From NCBI GenBank assembly GCA_043809315.1, contig JAZDDX010000029.1, positions 32,001-96,000 on the forward strand: 64,000 nt of DNA, given 5' to 3'. Numbering within the stretch: the first letter of the stretch is position 1; every line of letters begins with the position of its first letter. The DNA comes from Pseudomonadota bacterium (GTDB lineage Bacteria; Bdellovibrionota_G; JALEGL01; DATDPG01). The translations under genes and the position numbers were made by a program. Shown here piece by piece: positions 1 through 9,184 of the stretch. The notes under the pieces were generated by a model. That model saw only the letters and a list, made by a program, of their open reading frames with translations, did no database searches and was not told where the DNA came from.

Positions 1-1
1 C

Positions 2-490
2 CCATGAGCTAGTCTCGTCGGCACAAGCTCTCAGTGTCGGGGGGGCTAGATAGTGGTCTAATGTGTACGAAACCTTTGAAATCTGTGCGAGCCAGCTGGG
101 GTCTCCCGTGATGGTGCTCCGTTGATCTAATGTCTCTATCTCTCCGTTGTTAGCACTGGGCTTGCATGCGGCAGCACGTTCGGACCAATATTCGGATTCA
201 TCAAAGAAGCTGGGGATATCGATACCATGGGGTTCCACAACCAAGTCGGATCCAGCTGGCGAAGGAATATCGTTCCTGCTCCCACCTCCGCCACTGGGGT
301 TGGTCGCGTTATTGTCGGATCCAGCATTCCCATTCGACGAATTCCCCCCCGGCGTTTGCGACGAACCGGCTGAACCTGTGTCGCTCGTTGCCAACCGCTG
401 ACTTAAGTCGTCCGCAGCCTCTTTGATTCCGGCACACCCGAAGAGTCCCAGAATCGAGATGATTGCGAACGCGTTCTTAAGTTTCGTCAT
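2..490 (-). CDS. Lipoprotein, hypothetical; partial, runs off the left edge (not in ORF track)
   Basis: Manual translation from ATG at 490: MTKLKNAFAIISILGLFGCAGIKEAADD... (lipobox LFGC), then a G/S/N-rich linker. Frame is open to the window edge; GGAAAGGA RBS upstream. Confidence 0.75.
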   Translation of the reverse strand, partial: MTKLKNAFAIISILGLFGCAGIKEAADDLSQRLATSDTGSAGSSQTPGGNSSNGNAGSDNNATNPSGGGGSRNDIPSPAGSDLVVEPHGIDIPSFFDESEYWSERAAACKPSANNGEIETLDQRSTITGDPSWLAQISKVSYTLDHYLAPPTLRACADETSSW

Positions 491-682
491 CGCCCGGCCG
501 TCCTTTCCCCGCATACGGTCATCTGAATACGCAAGCTCCGGGCCAAGTATTTGTTGTGTGAAAACAGCCACATAGAAACGGCAACTCCCCAACCGGAACC
601 CTCCGCCGGTAACCCAGGTTCCGGCATCTTTCCTCGTTGTCGTCGTCGCTTCGCTAGAATAGTTTGAAGAACTCGAGCCGAG

Positions 683-3600
683 ATGCCCGAACTCTGCACC
701 AACTGCCGCCGCGCCATACCGGAAGGAGATCTTCGCTTCTGCCCCTATTGCGGCCTCCCCTTCCTCGCCCCGCTCGCCGAGCAGAGATACGCGGTGGTCG
801 TTTTCGCTGACCTCGCCGGCTTCACCGAGCTCAGCACCTCCATCCCCCCGGCGAGCCTCCGGAAACTTCTCGACGACTTGATGCAGCGGTTCTGCCGGAT
901 CGTTTCGGACTACGGCGCGAAGGTAGACAAGATCATCGGCGACTGCGTGATGTTCGTCTTCGGAACCGAGCGGACCTCGACCCGGGACGCGACGCGCGCC
1001 CTCGAAACGATCGATGCGATGAAGAAAGAGCTCGAAGCGTTCAATCGCGAGAACCGCCTGACCCTTTCCCTCCACGCCTCGATCGCCAACGGCATCGTTT
1101 CGGTCGGTCGCGTCGGCCCCTCGCAGACCGTGATGGGGGAGGTCGTCAACCTCGCCTCCCGACTTCTCCACGTCGGAGCCAAAGACGACGTCATCGTTTC
1201 CCCCACCTTCGCCGATCTCCTCGACGAAACCGTCCGCCTCGAAGCGCTCACGCCGACCGAGCTCAAGGGGTTCACCGATCCGGTCGTCCCGTTCCGCTAT
1301 CTCGGATTTCGCCGGGACGTAACTCCCCACGACCTTTTCTTCGGACGCGGACCGGAGCTCGAGAACCTCGACCGCCTTCTCGACACCTCCCGCGAAAAAA
1401 GAACTCCTCAATGGATCTTGCTGCAGGGTTCGGCCGGCATCGGGAAGAGCGGCCTCCTCCGGTCGTTTCTCGGACGGCTGTGGGGACGCGACCTGGCGAC
1501 GGTCCTCGTTTCGTTTGAAGATTCCTCCTCCCGACCGATGGAGGGGCTCCAGGCGCTGTTCGGGAAGCTCTTGAATCGTTCCGAGCTGGATTCGGACGAA
1601 CGCCGGAGCACGTGGAAACAGTTCGAACTGGCCCTCTCGATCTCCACATCCCTCGACAGCGAGCAGTACTCGACCCTCGTCTCCCAGATGATCGACGGGG
1701 TCGTGCGCAAGCGTCCGTTGGTCTTGGCCCTGGAGGACTTGCATGCGGCTCCTCCGGCCATCAAGACCATTTTCAATCGGATCCGCGAGATGGCATCGAC
1801 CGGGCCCCTTCTCGTTTGCGCCACCAGTCGGATGGCGGAAGAGGGGTTCGACTCCACCGTCGCTCTCTCTCCCTTGCCGGAAAACGCGGCGAAAGAATTG
1901 TTCGCGCACTTGATCCACGGCCGCACTGTCTCGAACGACGTGTCCAAAAACGCGCTCGCCGGGTGTGCCGGGAATCCGTTTCTGATCCGGACCGTCGCGC
2001 GCGCGATCCAGCGTTCGGTCCATCCGTCGAACCTGTTCGGCGGAAACACCGAGCTTCTTCTCTCCTCCACGCTCGACACCTTCCCAAAGGCCACGCAGGA
2101 AACGATCAAGACCGCCTCTCTTTTCGGTCGTCACGTCCCGATGTTCTACCTCTCGAAAATGACGGGGGAGCCGGAGGCACACCTCCGAAAATCGCTCGCA
2201 CCGGTCGGCGTCTTCCATGTCTCGGATCGGGGAGAGACGTTCGTCTTCGAGCACGTTCTCCTCCAGGAGGCGGCCTATCGGAGAATCGACACGACCCTGC
2301 TCTCCGACCTGCACGGCAAAGCGGGAGCCATTCTGGAGGAAGTGAAGGCTCCGGCGGAACAGGTGGCGTATCACTACGTCCGTTCCGACCAGAAATTAAA
2401 GGCGGTTGCGTTCGCCGTCCAGGCGGCCCGGCGCCTCTCCCGGACTCCGGCCTCGGAACAGGCGCTCGAGTTCGCCCGGAAGGCCGAGGAACTCGCACGT
2501 GAATTGGACGACCCCGCTGTTCTCGCCGAAGGATTGAGCTTGCGATTCCAGATCGAGAGCCGGAATCTCCCGACCGCGCGGGCGGTTTCGCTCTGGGACC
2601 GGTTCGCCAAGACCGTGCCGGCGGATCATCAACATTCCGTCCTCCCGACCTTTCTCTATGCCAAGGCAGAACTCCTTTGCGACCACCGGAGCGACGACGA
2701 CTGCTGGAAAGCGTTGGGGGAGATCGAAGCGCTCGACCCCAAGGTCGACACGAGCTTCCTCAAAGCACGCCTCTTCCAACACCGGGAGCGACTGAAGGAG
2801 TGCCGCCAACTCGTCACCGAACAGCTCTCGGCAAGCGACCTGCCGGCCCGGAAGCGCGGGGAGTTCTTGAGGCTTCTCTGCGACGTTGAGGGGCTCGAGT
2901 ACCACTTCGAAGAGGCGAAACAGGCGGGGTTGCAGGCCCACGCCGTCTGCCGATCGATCGATGACTTTCAGGGGGTTTTGAAGAGCAACGTCATGCTCGG
3001 GTGGCTTGCTTACCGGAGTAACCGGTACGAGGAGGCGAAAGATCATTACACGGAAGCTTCCGAACTCTCCCTGAAGCTCGGAGATCTCCTGGTCCACTGT
3101 CGCGTGCTCTTGAGTCTGGCCCTGGTCAATTTCCGGCTCCTCGATTTCCGGGAGTGCTTCCGGGCGACTTCTCAGGGTCTCGATCTTCTTTCCGGAGGGC
3201 TCAATCATCCCCTGCTGAACCGGTTCCGCCTCACGGTCGCCGACACCGCGTATCTCACGCTGGGGGAATACCAGATCGCCGAAAGTTATTTCCAGTTGGC
3301 TCACACCTATTTCAGTGAACACGGTCCCCCGGAATATTTGACGGAGGTGCTGGCGGGTCTGGCTCACCTCCGCCTCAAGCAAGGGCGATTCGAGGAAGGG
3401 ATCCCGTTTGCGAATGAATCGCTCAACTGTTGTCCCAAGGGAGGGGATGCCGAACTCGTCTGTCGCCTCCTCCGAGCCGATCTCTTGAGCCATCTCGGAG
3501 CGGACGCAGAGGCAAAAGCGGAATGGAAGACGGTCCTCAAGTATCCCCACGCAAACCGGCTTCCGCTCGAACTCCGGACCTACTTCCGGATCGTCGCTTC

Positions 3601-3814
3601 CACGGTCACCGGCCGGAAAGACCGGAAACAGATCGAGGAGATCCTGCGCCATCTCGCCGACCCGGAGATCCGCCCTATCTCGTTCGACCGCCTCGATCTT
3701 CTTCGCGAAGTTCTTTTGTACGGTCCCGATCCACGGATTCAAAAACAGTACGAGGTGCTTCGGGACCAACTTCGGGAAAAAGTTCCCGAGAAGTACCGCG
3801 CGCGGATTGTCTGA
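683..3814 (+). CDS. Class III adenylate/guanylate cyclase fused to N-terminal zinc ribbon, STAND/AAA ATPase and C-terminal TPR-like repeats
   Basis: CxxC...CxxC N-terminus; cyclase motifs VFADLAGFT, DKIIGDCVM, TVMGEVVNLASRL; Walker A GSAGIGKS; Walker B LALEDLH; GNPFLI; helical repeat C-terminus. Confidence 0.9.
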   Translation: MPELCTNCRRAIPEGDLRFCPYCGLPFLAPLAEQRYAVVVFADLAGFTELSTSIPPASLRKLLDDLMQRFCRIVSDYGAKVDKIIGDCVMFVFGTERTSTRDATRALETIDAMKKELEAFNRENRLTLSLHASIANGIVSVGRVGPSQTVMGEVVNLASRLLHVGAKDDVIVSPTFADLLDETVRLEALTPTELKGFTDPVVPFRYLGFRRDVTPHDLFFGRGPELENLDRLLDTSREKRTPQWILLQGSAGIGKSGLLRSFLGRLWGRDLATVLVSFEDSSSRPMEGLQALFGKLLNRSELDSDERRSTWKQFELALSISTSLDSEQYSTLVSQMIDGVVRKRPLVLALEDLHAAPPAIKTIFNRIREMASTGPLLVCATSRMAEEGFDSTVALSPLPENAAKELFAHLIHGRTVSNDVSKNALAGCAGNPFLIRTVARAIQRSVHPSNLFGGNTELLLSSTLDTFPKATQETIKTASLFGRHVPMFYLSKMTGEPEAHLRKSLAPVGVFHVSDRGETFVFEHVLLQEAAYRRIDTTLLSDLHGKAGAILEEVKAPAEQVAYHYVRSDQKLKAVAFAVQAARRLSRTPASEQALEFARKAEELARELDDPAVLAEGLSLRFQIESRNLPTARAVSLWDRFAKTVPADHQHSVLPTFLYAKAELLCDHRSDDDCWKALGEIEALDPKVDTSFLKARLFQHRERLKECRQLVTEQLSASDLPARKRGEFLRLLCDVEGLEYHFEEAKQAGLQAHAVCRSIDDFQGVLKSNVMLGWLAYRSNRYEEAKDHYTEASELSLKLGDLLVHCRVLLSLALVNFRLLDFRECFRATSQGLDLLSGGLNHPLLNRFRLTVADTAYLTLGEYQIAESYFQLAHTYFSEHGPPEYLTEVLAGLAHLRLKQGRFEEGIPFANESLNCCPKGGDAELVCRLLRADLLSHLGADAEAKAEWKTVLKYPHANRLPLELRTYFRIVASTVTGRKDRKQIEEILRHLADPEIRPISFDRLDLLREVLLYGPDPRIQKQYEVLRDQLREKVPEKYRARIV

Positions 3815-3824
3815 ACAGGACGGC

Positions 3825-5573
3825 CTACGGCTGCGAGGAAGCTGGGGGCTGGGCTCGCCGGCGATCCCCTTCCGTTTCGACGATCAACCACTCCGCCTTC
3901 CGGTTCCGTGTGACCGTGAGCCCCAGCGCCTCCCCTCCGTTCCCCTCGATCCGCAGGCCTTTAAACCCTTTGTCGATAATCTTCCGGAGCATCTCGTTTC
4001 CCTGTTGCATCCGAACCTCCGGCGGGATCTGATCCCACGCGGCGGGATCGACCTGTCCGACCCAGACGTTGTCCTGGACCCCCATGGGGATCACGCCGAG
4101 CTCCCGCCCAAGCTCTCGGTCCGATGTGAGGTAGATCATCCACCCGCTCAGCGAGTCCCATTCGTAGACCAAAGCTCCGATCAAGGAGATCGCCAGAAGT
4201 CCTCCAAGTAAAGCGCCTTTTCCGATCTTGAGCTGGACCTTTTTCTTTGGAGTTTCCTTTTCATCTTCGAATTCGGGGCGAAAGAAGAACGGATGGTCGT
4301 AGAAGCGCCTCGCACGCCCCAAGGTTTGTGGAAGAGAGGAGAGAAATGTCGAGAATTCGCCGAGGGTAGCTGCCAAATGCGACCGAGCCCGATCCAAACA
4401 GGCCAAGCGATCCCGCACTTCCCCTCTCGGCGCCGCCTCGAATCTGTTTCGGAGTTCTTCGCCGATCTTGAGCACCTCGCCGGCCAAGAACCGATACCCC
4501 GGCTGGATGAGTGCCAGATCCCTCGTGATCGGCCGGAGACGGAAGATCTGTCTCGCTTCGAATCCGGCCTTGAGCGTGTAGGCTTGCGCTCGTTCCAGCA
4601 GTTCCTGCGCTTCGGTTGGAAGGTCTGGGTGAGGCCGGACCTGTTTCGTCCAGTATTCCAGAAGCCAGGCGAGATCCCCCTCCGCTTCTGAACTCAGTAC
4701 GGACGAAAACGATTTCGTTTTCTCATACTCCGCGTACGCGACTGCGGAAAGGAACTGGACGGAGAACGAGTCGGTCGGACCTTTTGTTTCCTTTCGTGTC
4801 GGTGGCGCCGCCTCGGCATGTTGCACCGGGTTTAACTCGTCCCAGACTGTGCGGAGACGGACCAGGGCTGTCAGAATCTCCTTGCGCGTGACGTGATCCG
4901 AGATCGGAAGCCCCGACACGATCGATTCCAGCTCCCCCGCGACCACCTGGAGCTCGGTCGCGAGCCTCCCATGAATGAATTGTCGCTCCACCCGATCGCT
5001 TTGCTCGGCCGCTTCCATCCCCGCCCGGAGATTCAGTTCGGTCATGAGCGAGACGCCGACCGCCCAATCCAGAAGGTTCTCCTTCCGCCCCCCCATCGCG
5101 AGCTTGAGACGGCCGAGCGATCGGGGATCGAGTTTCCGTACGAACGCCTGTCCCGCCGGAGTCTCGAGATTCTCCTCCGCTGCCTGCGCCGCCGAAACGG
5201 TGTTCTGTGCGCGGCTCCGTTCAAGATATTCCTGGATGCAGCGATCGAGCGTGCCGGCGGTCGTTTCGGGAAGCGTTTCGAACTCGACTCCGATCTCGAA
5301 CCCGGGTTTCCCATCCAGCAACGGGATCTCCGCAACGCGCGCCACTTTTCCGTTGATCACGACGGACGGGAGCGAGCCGAACGGTGAGATGAGAAGCGTG
5401 ATCTTCATTCCGGGACGGACCTTCTCGGATCTTTCATCCCTCGGCGCTTCCAGTTGAATTCCGGTCCGGGAGATGTCCCGGGCGAAACAGACGGCCGAAA
5501 AACCGCACTCCACCGAAACGCTGAACGGAATCCGAATCGCCGGCTTCGTCGGTCTTTCGTGGGCCCTGGTCAT
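3825..5573 (-). CDS. PilZ-domain protein with long helical middle region and C-terminal transmembrane segment
   Basis: N-terminal ARDISRTGI (D/NxSxxG) and IGVEF beta-barrel motifs; hydrophobic ALLGGLLAISLIGALV near the C-terminus. Confidence 0.75.
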   Translation of the reverse strand: MTRAHERPTKPAIRIPFSVSVECGFSAVCFARDISRTGIQLEAPRDERSEKVRPGMKITLLISPFGSLPSVVINGKVARVAEIPLLDGKPGFEIGVEFETLPETTAGTLDRCIQEYLERSRAQNTVSAAQAAEENLETPAGQAFVRKLDPRSLGRLKLAMGGRKENLLDWAVGVSLMTELNLRAGMEAAEQSDRVERQFIHGRLATELQVVAGELESIVSGLPISDHVTRKEILTALVRLRTVWDELNPVQHAEAAPPTRKETKGPTDSFSVQFLSAVAYAEYEKTKSFSSVLSSEAEGDLAWLLEYWTKQVRPHPDLPTEAQELLERAQAYTLKAGFEARQIFRLRPITRDLALIQPGYRFLAGEVLKIGEELRNRFEAAPRGEVRDRLACLDRARSHLAATLGEFSTFLSSLPQTLGRARRFYDHPFFFRPEFEDEKETPKKKVQLKIGKGALLGGLLAISLIGALVYEWDSLSGWMIYLTSDRELGRELGVIPMGVQDNVWVGQVDPAAWDQIPPEVRMQQGNEMLRKIIDKGFKGLRIEGNGGEALGLTVTRNRKAEWLIVETEGDRRRAQPPASSQP

Positions 5574-5717
5574 TCCGTGGGGTTCAGTTCGAATACGTCG
5601 GGGATTCCGAAAATCGATCCGTTTTTGAAATATACACTCCGCCCGATGATCGTGACGACGACCATTAATTCCAGGAGCGTGAATCCGGATCGAAGGCCGC
5701 GACGGGTCACGGAGGAC

Positions 5718-6674
5718 TTATCTCCCCTTCTCGAGTTTGACGTCAAGAACGAGGCGTTGACCGCCCGTCACGTTGTAGATCTTGGTGTACGGCTTGTACC
5801 CTTTCCGCTTCACCATCAACTTGTAGAGGCCGTGAACGCTCTGTTTTTCCAGTACCGCCGGCGATTTCTTCGCGACGAGCCGGTCGTCGACGTAGATCTG
5901 GGCGTCGGCCGGCTCGCACCGGATGACGACCGTTCCTTCGACGAGGAGCGGGTTCTTGGAACGGTCCGGAAGAATCAACGGTTCGTACGGCTTTTCGACG
6001 ACCACCTCTTTCTTGGCGAGGAGTTCGCCTCGGATCACCCGTTCGTACAGAAACGCCCCCGCAACAACGAGAAGACCGACGGCGGCGACGAAGCGGACCG
6101 CCGTCCCGACCGGAACCGGTGCGCTCGACTTGCGGATCGGGATCCCGCTCCCCGCCGGCAGATTCATCGGCGCCTCGATCGGCCCTCCCCCCTTGTCGGG
6201 GTAGGCCCCCGAAACCGCGACCTGGACGGCCGGTAGGGCCCAGCCGAGGTTCTGGTCGGTCGGCAGCATCAGACGGGTCGTGATCCGTTTCGCCCCTTCG
6301 ATCTTGACCTCCGGTCCGGTCACCAGATCGATCGGTTCGCTCGCCAGCTGACGAACGGCGTCCGGCGTCAAGATCACCAGCTTCGGTTCGCGCCCAAACG
6401 CGATCGTCGGGAGGGTCCGGGGGTTCCCCCCCGCGTCGATCACCATCGGGGGGAGTTCGGCTCCGAACATCTGCGCCAGATCGAAATGAAACCGCATCGC
6501 CGCCTTCGCCGCCGCTTTGGTCGAGGGAAACCCGAGCAGGATCCCCGGGACGAAGATCTCGTCCATCTGGGTCCCTTTGTAGTCGCGGACGATCGTCGGG
6601 GCCGGACTCATCGCCCATTTTTCCCGGCTGATCCCCTGAACGAAGAGCCAGGCGGAAATGTCCGTTTTCGGCAT
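5718..6674 (-). CDS. Membrane protein with C-terminal PEGA domain
   Basis: One TM helix (FVAAVGLLVVAGAFL); C-terminal CEPADAQIYVDD...GLYKLMVKRKGYKPY matches the PEGA pattern; TATACT box 9 nt before the ATG. Confidence 0.75.
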   Translation of the reverse strand: MPKTDISAWLFVQGISREKWAMSPAPTIVRDYKGTQMDEIFVPGILLGFPSTKAAAKAAMRFHFDLAQMFGAELPPMVIDAGGNPRTLPTIAFGREPKLVILTPDAVRQLASEPIDLVTGPEVKIEGAKRITTRLMLPTDQNLGWALPAVQVAVSGAYPDKGGGPIEAPMNLPAGSGIPIRKSSAPVPVGTAVRFVAAVGLLVVAGAFLYERVIRGELLAKKEVVVEKPYEPLILPDRSKNPLLVEGTVVIRCEPADAQIYVDDRLVAKKSPAVLEKQSVHGLYKLMVKRKGYKPYTKIYNVTGGQRLVLDVKLEKGR

Positions 6675-6801
6675 GCCGGGGAAGTATAACGTTCACCGGC
6701 TCGAACGGCCATTTCTAGGCGCAAAACGGGTCGCGCATGACCTGCATCATTCAAATTGCCGTCGGATCGCGTTGGGTCTACAGGGAGCCAGGGAGAACAC
6801 C

Positions 6802-7866
6802 ATGGACATCGGAATCGTAAAGAATCTCGGGGAGAACGAACACCGCGTGCCGATCACGCCGGCCGGTGCAGAGAGCCTGGTGGCAGACGGTCACCGTCTA
6901 TTCGTCGAGAGCGGAACCGGCCGTGACTGTCGTTTCGACGATCTGGAGTACCGGGATGTCGGGGCCGAGATCGTCTACAGCCATGAGGAGGTTTTCCGGC
7001 GCGGAAGACTGATCCTCGGCGTCCGCACCCCCGATCCGGCCGACGTTGCTTTCATGGATCAAGGGCAGATCCTCTGTGGCTTTCTGCATTTGACCGTAGC
7101 TCCGCGCGATCTGCTCCGGTCGATGATCGATCGCAAGGTGACGGCCGTCGGCTACGAATTGATTCAGGACAAGGAGGGGCGGACTCCGATTCTCGGCGCG
7201 ATCGGTGAACTGGCCGGACAGATGGTCGTCCATATCGCCGCTCATCTTCTTCAGAACGAGAGTGGGGGGAGGGGGATCCTTCTCGGCGGCATCGCCGAAA
7301 ACGAACCGGCCAACGCCCTGGTCCTCGGGGCGGGGAGCGTCGGAAAGACCGCGGCCCGTTTTTTCGTTTCGTCCGGCGCGAACGTGACGCTGGTGGATTG
7401 CGATCCGAATACGCTGATCTCCGCCGACCGGGATCTCCAGGCGCAGGCGAAAACCTGTCTGGCGGATCCGGAAACCGTCGCGCGATTGACTCGGGACGCG
7501 GATGTCGTCATCGGAGCGATCCGGATCCCGGGAGAGCGGGCCCCCTACCTGGTGACCCGCGAGATGGTGGCACAGATGAGACCCGGAAGCGTGATCATCG
7601 ACGTCGCGATCGACCAAGGGGGGTGTGTCGAAACCAGCCGCCCCACCACCCTCAAGAACCCGACGTTCCTCGTGAACGATGTGGTCCATTATTGCGTTCC
7701 GAATCTCACGGCGAACATCGCTCGGACCGCTTCAAAAATTCTGACCCAGACTCATCTCCCGTACGTACGCAAGATTGCGGCGACCGGGCGAGTCGGCAAA
7801 GACGGTGTCTATCTGGAGAACGGCGTCGTGCGCTTCGCCGAACTGGCCGAGCACCTGGGATCGTAA
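6802..7866 (+). CDS. ald: Alanine dehydrogenase (family member, somewhat divergent)
   Basis: MDIGI..ENEHRV, GFLHL, Rossmann VLGAGSVG, DVAIDQGGCVETSRPTT, HYCVPN; RBS GGGAG before ATG 6802. Confidence 0.88.
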   Translation: MDIGIVKNLGENEHRVPITPAGAESLVADGHRLFVESGTGRDCRFDDLEYRDVGAEIVYSHEEVFRRGRLILGVRTPDPADVAFMDQGQILCGFLHLTVAPRDLLRSMIDRKVTAVGYELIQDKEGRTPILGAIGELAGQMVVHIAAHLLQNESGGRGILLGGIAENEPANALVLGAGSVGKTAARFFVSSGANVTLVDCDPNTLISADRDLQAQAKTCLADPETVARLTRDADVVIGAIRIPGERAPYLVTREMVAQMRPGSVIIDVAIDQGGCVETSRPTTLKNPTFLVNDVVHYCVPNLTANIARTASKILTQTHLPYVRKIAATGRVGKDGVYLENGVVRFAELAEHLGS

Positions 7867-7879
7867 GGAGGAAAGAACC

Positions 7880-9178
7880 ATGAAGTGGATGGCTGATTAC
7901 CGAAGCAAACTCACCACCCCGGCGGAGGCCGTCAAGTTGGTGGAGAGCAATCACCGCGTTTATTACAGCGGGAACGCGGCCGCCCCCGTTTCACTCATCC
8001 GGGCGCTCGTCGCCCGGAAAGACGAGCTGCGGAACGTTCAGATCAATCACGTTCTGTTGCTCGGCGAGGACCCGCTCGGGGATCCATCCATGGAAGGACA
8101 CTTCCGGCACAACAGCCTGTTCGTCGGCCCGGCCGATCGGAAGACGGTCAACGAGGGACGGGCCGATTACGTCCCGATCTTCCTCTTCCAAATCCCGCGT
8201 CTCTTTCAGCAGAGGATCATCCCTCTCGACGTGTCGATCTTGCAGGTCTCCCCGCCCGACGAGCACGGGTACATGAGCCTGGGGGTCGAGGTTCTCGCCA
8301 GCAAAGCTGCGGCGGAGAGCTCCAAGAAGGTGATCGTCCTCGTGAACGACAAGATGCCCCGCATCCTCGGCGATTGTTTCCTTCACGCCTCCCAGGTAAC
8401 GGCCATCGTCGAAGAGTCCTTCCCTCTCCCCGAACTCCCGCGACACCCGATTTCGGAGGTCGAGACACAGATCGCCGGCTTCATCACGGCGCTGATCGAG
8501 GACGGCTCGACGCTTCAACTCGGAATCGGGGGGATTCCCGACGCAGTTCTCTCGCAACTCGAGGGAAAACGGGACCTGGGGATCCATACCGAAATGGTGT
8601 CGGACGGCGGAATGGAAGCGATCGAGAAGGGGATCATCACCGGCACGAAAAAGACGATCCACCGAAACAAGGCGGTGATCACGTTCGCCCTCGGATCGCA
8701 GCGTCTCTACGAGTACCTCCACAACAACCCGCTCTTCGAAGCGCACCCGTCCGACTACACGAACAACCCGTTCGTCGTGGCTCAGCACGACAAGATGGTG
8801 GCGATCAACTCGGCACTCGAGGTCGATCTGACCGGGCAGGTCTGCTCCGACTCGATCGGAACGTACGTCTATTCCGGGTTCGGGGGACAGGTCGACTTCA
8901 TCCGCGGAGCCGCACAATCGAAGGGGGGGAAACCGATCATCGCCCTTCCCGCGACCGCCAAGAACGGCACGACGTCTCGGATCGTCTCGACGCTCAAGCC
9001 CGGGGCCGGCGTCGTCACGAGCCGCGGGGACGTGCATTACGTGGTGACCGAGTTCGGGGTCGCGCATCTCTTCGGTCGAAACATCCGGGAGCGGGCGGAG
9101 GCGTTGATCAACGTCGCCCACCCGAAATTCCGCGAACAGCTCGAAGAGGAAGCGAAAAAGCGGAAGCTGCTGCACTAA
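7880..9178 (+). CDS. Acetyl-CoA hydrolase/transferase family (4-hydroxybutyrate CoA-transferase-like)
   Basis: LQLGIGGIPDAV, GIHTEM, NSALEVDLTGQV, SGFGGQVDF, VVTEFG; AAGGAGG RBS. Confidence 0.92.
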   Translation: MKWMADYRSKLTTPAEAVKLVESNHRVYYSGNAAAPVSLIRALVARKDELRNVQINHVLLLGEDPLGDPSMEGHFRHNSLFVGPADRKTVNEGRADYVPIFLFQIPRLFQQRIIPLDVSILQVSPPDEHGYMSLGVEVLASKAAAESSKKVIVLVNDKMPRILGDCFLHASQVTAIVEESFPLPELPRHPISEVETQIAGFITALIEDGSTLQLGIGGIPDAVLSQLEGKRDLGIHTEMVSDGGMEAIEKGIITGTKKTIHRNKAVITFALGSQRLYEYLHNNPLFEAHPSDYTNNPFVVAQHDKMVAINSALEVDLTGQVCSDSIGTYVYSGFGGQVDFIRGAAQSKGGKPIIALPATAKNGTTSRIVSTLKPGAGVVTSRGDVHYVVTEFGVAHLFGRNIRERAEALINVAHPKFREQLEEEAKKRKLLH

Positions 9179-9184
9179 TCGATC

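Noticed and set aside
136-717. Short ORFs listed at the left edge (136-333, 147-401, 166-426, 487-717)
   Set aside because: Better explained by the partial lipoprotein gene 490 to edge and its upstream region.
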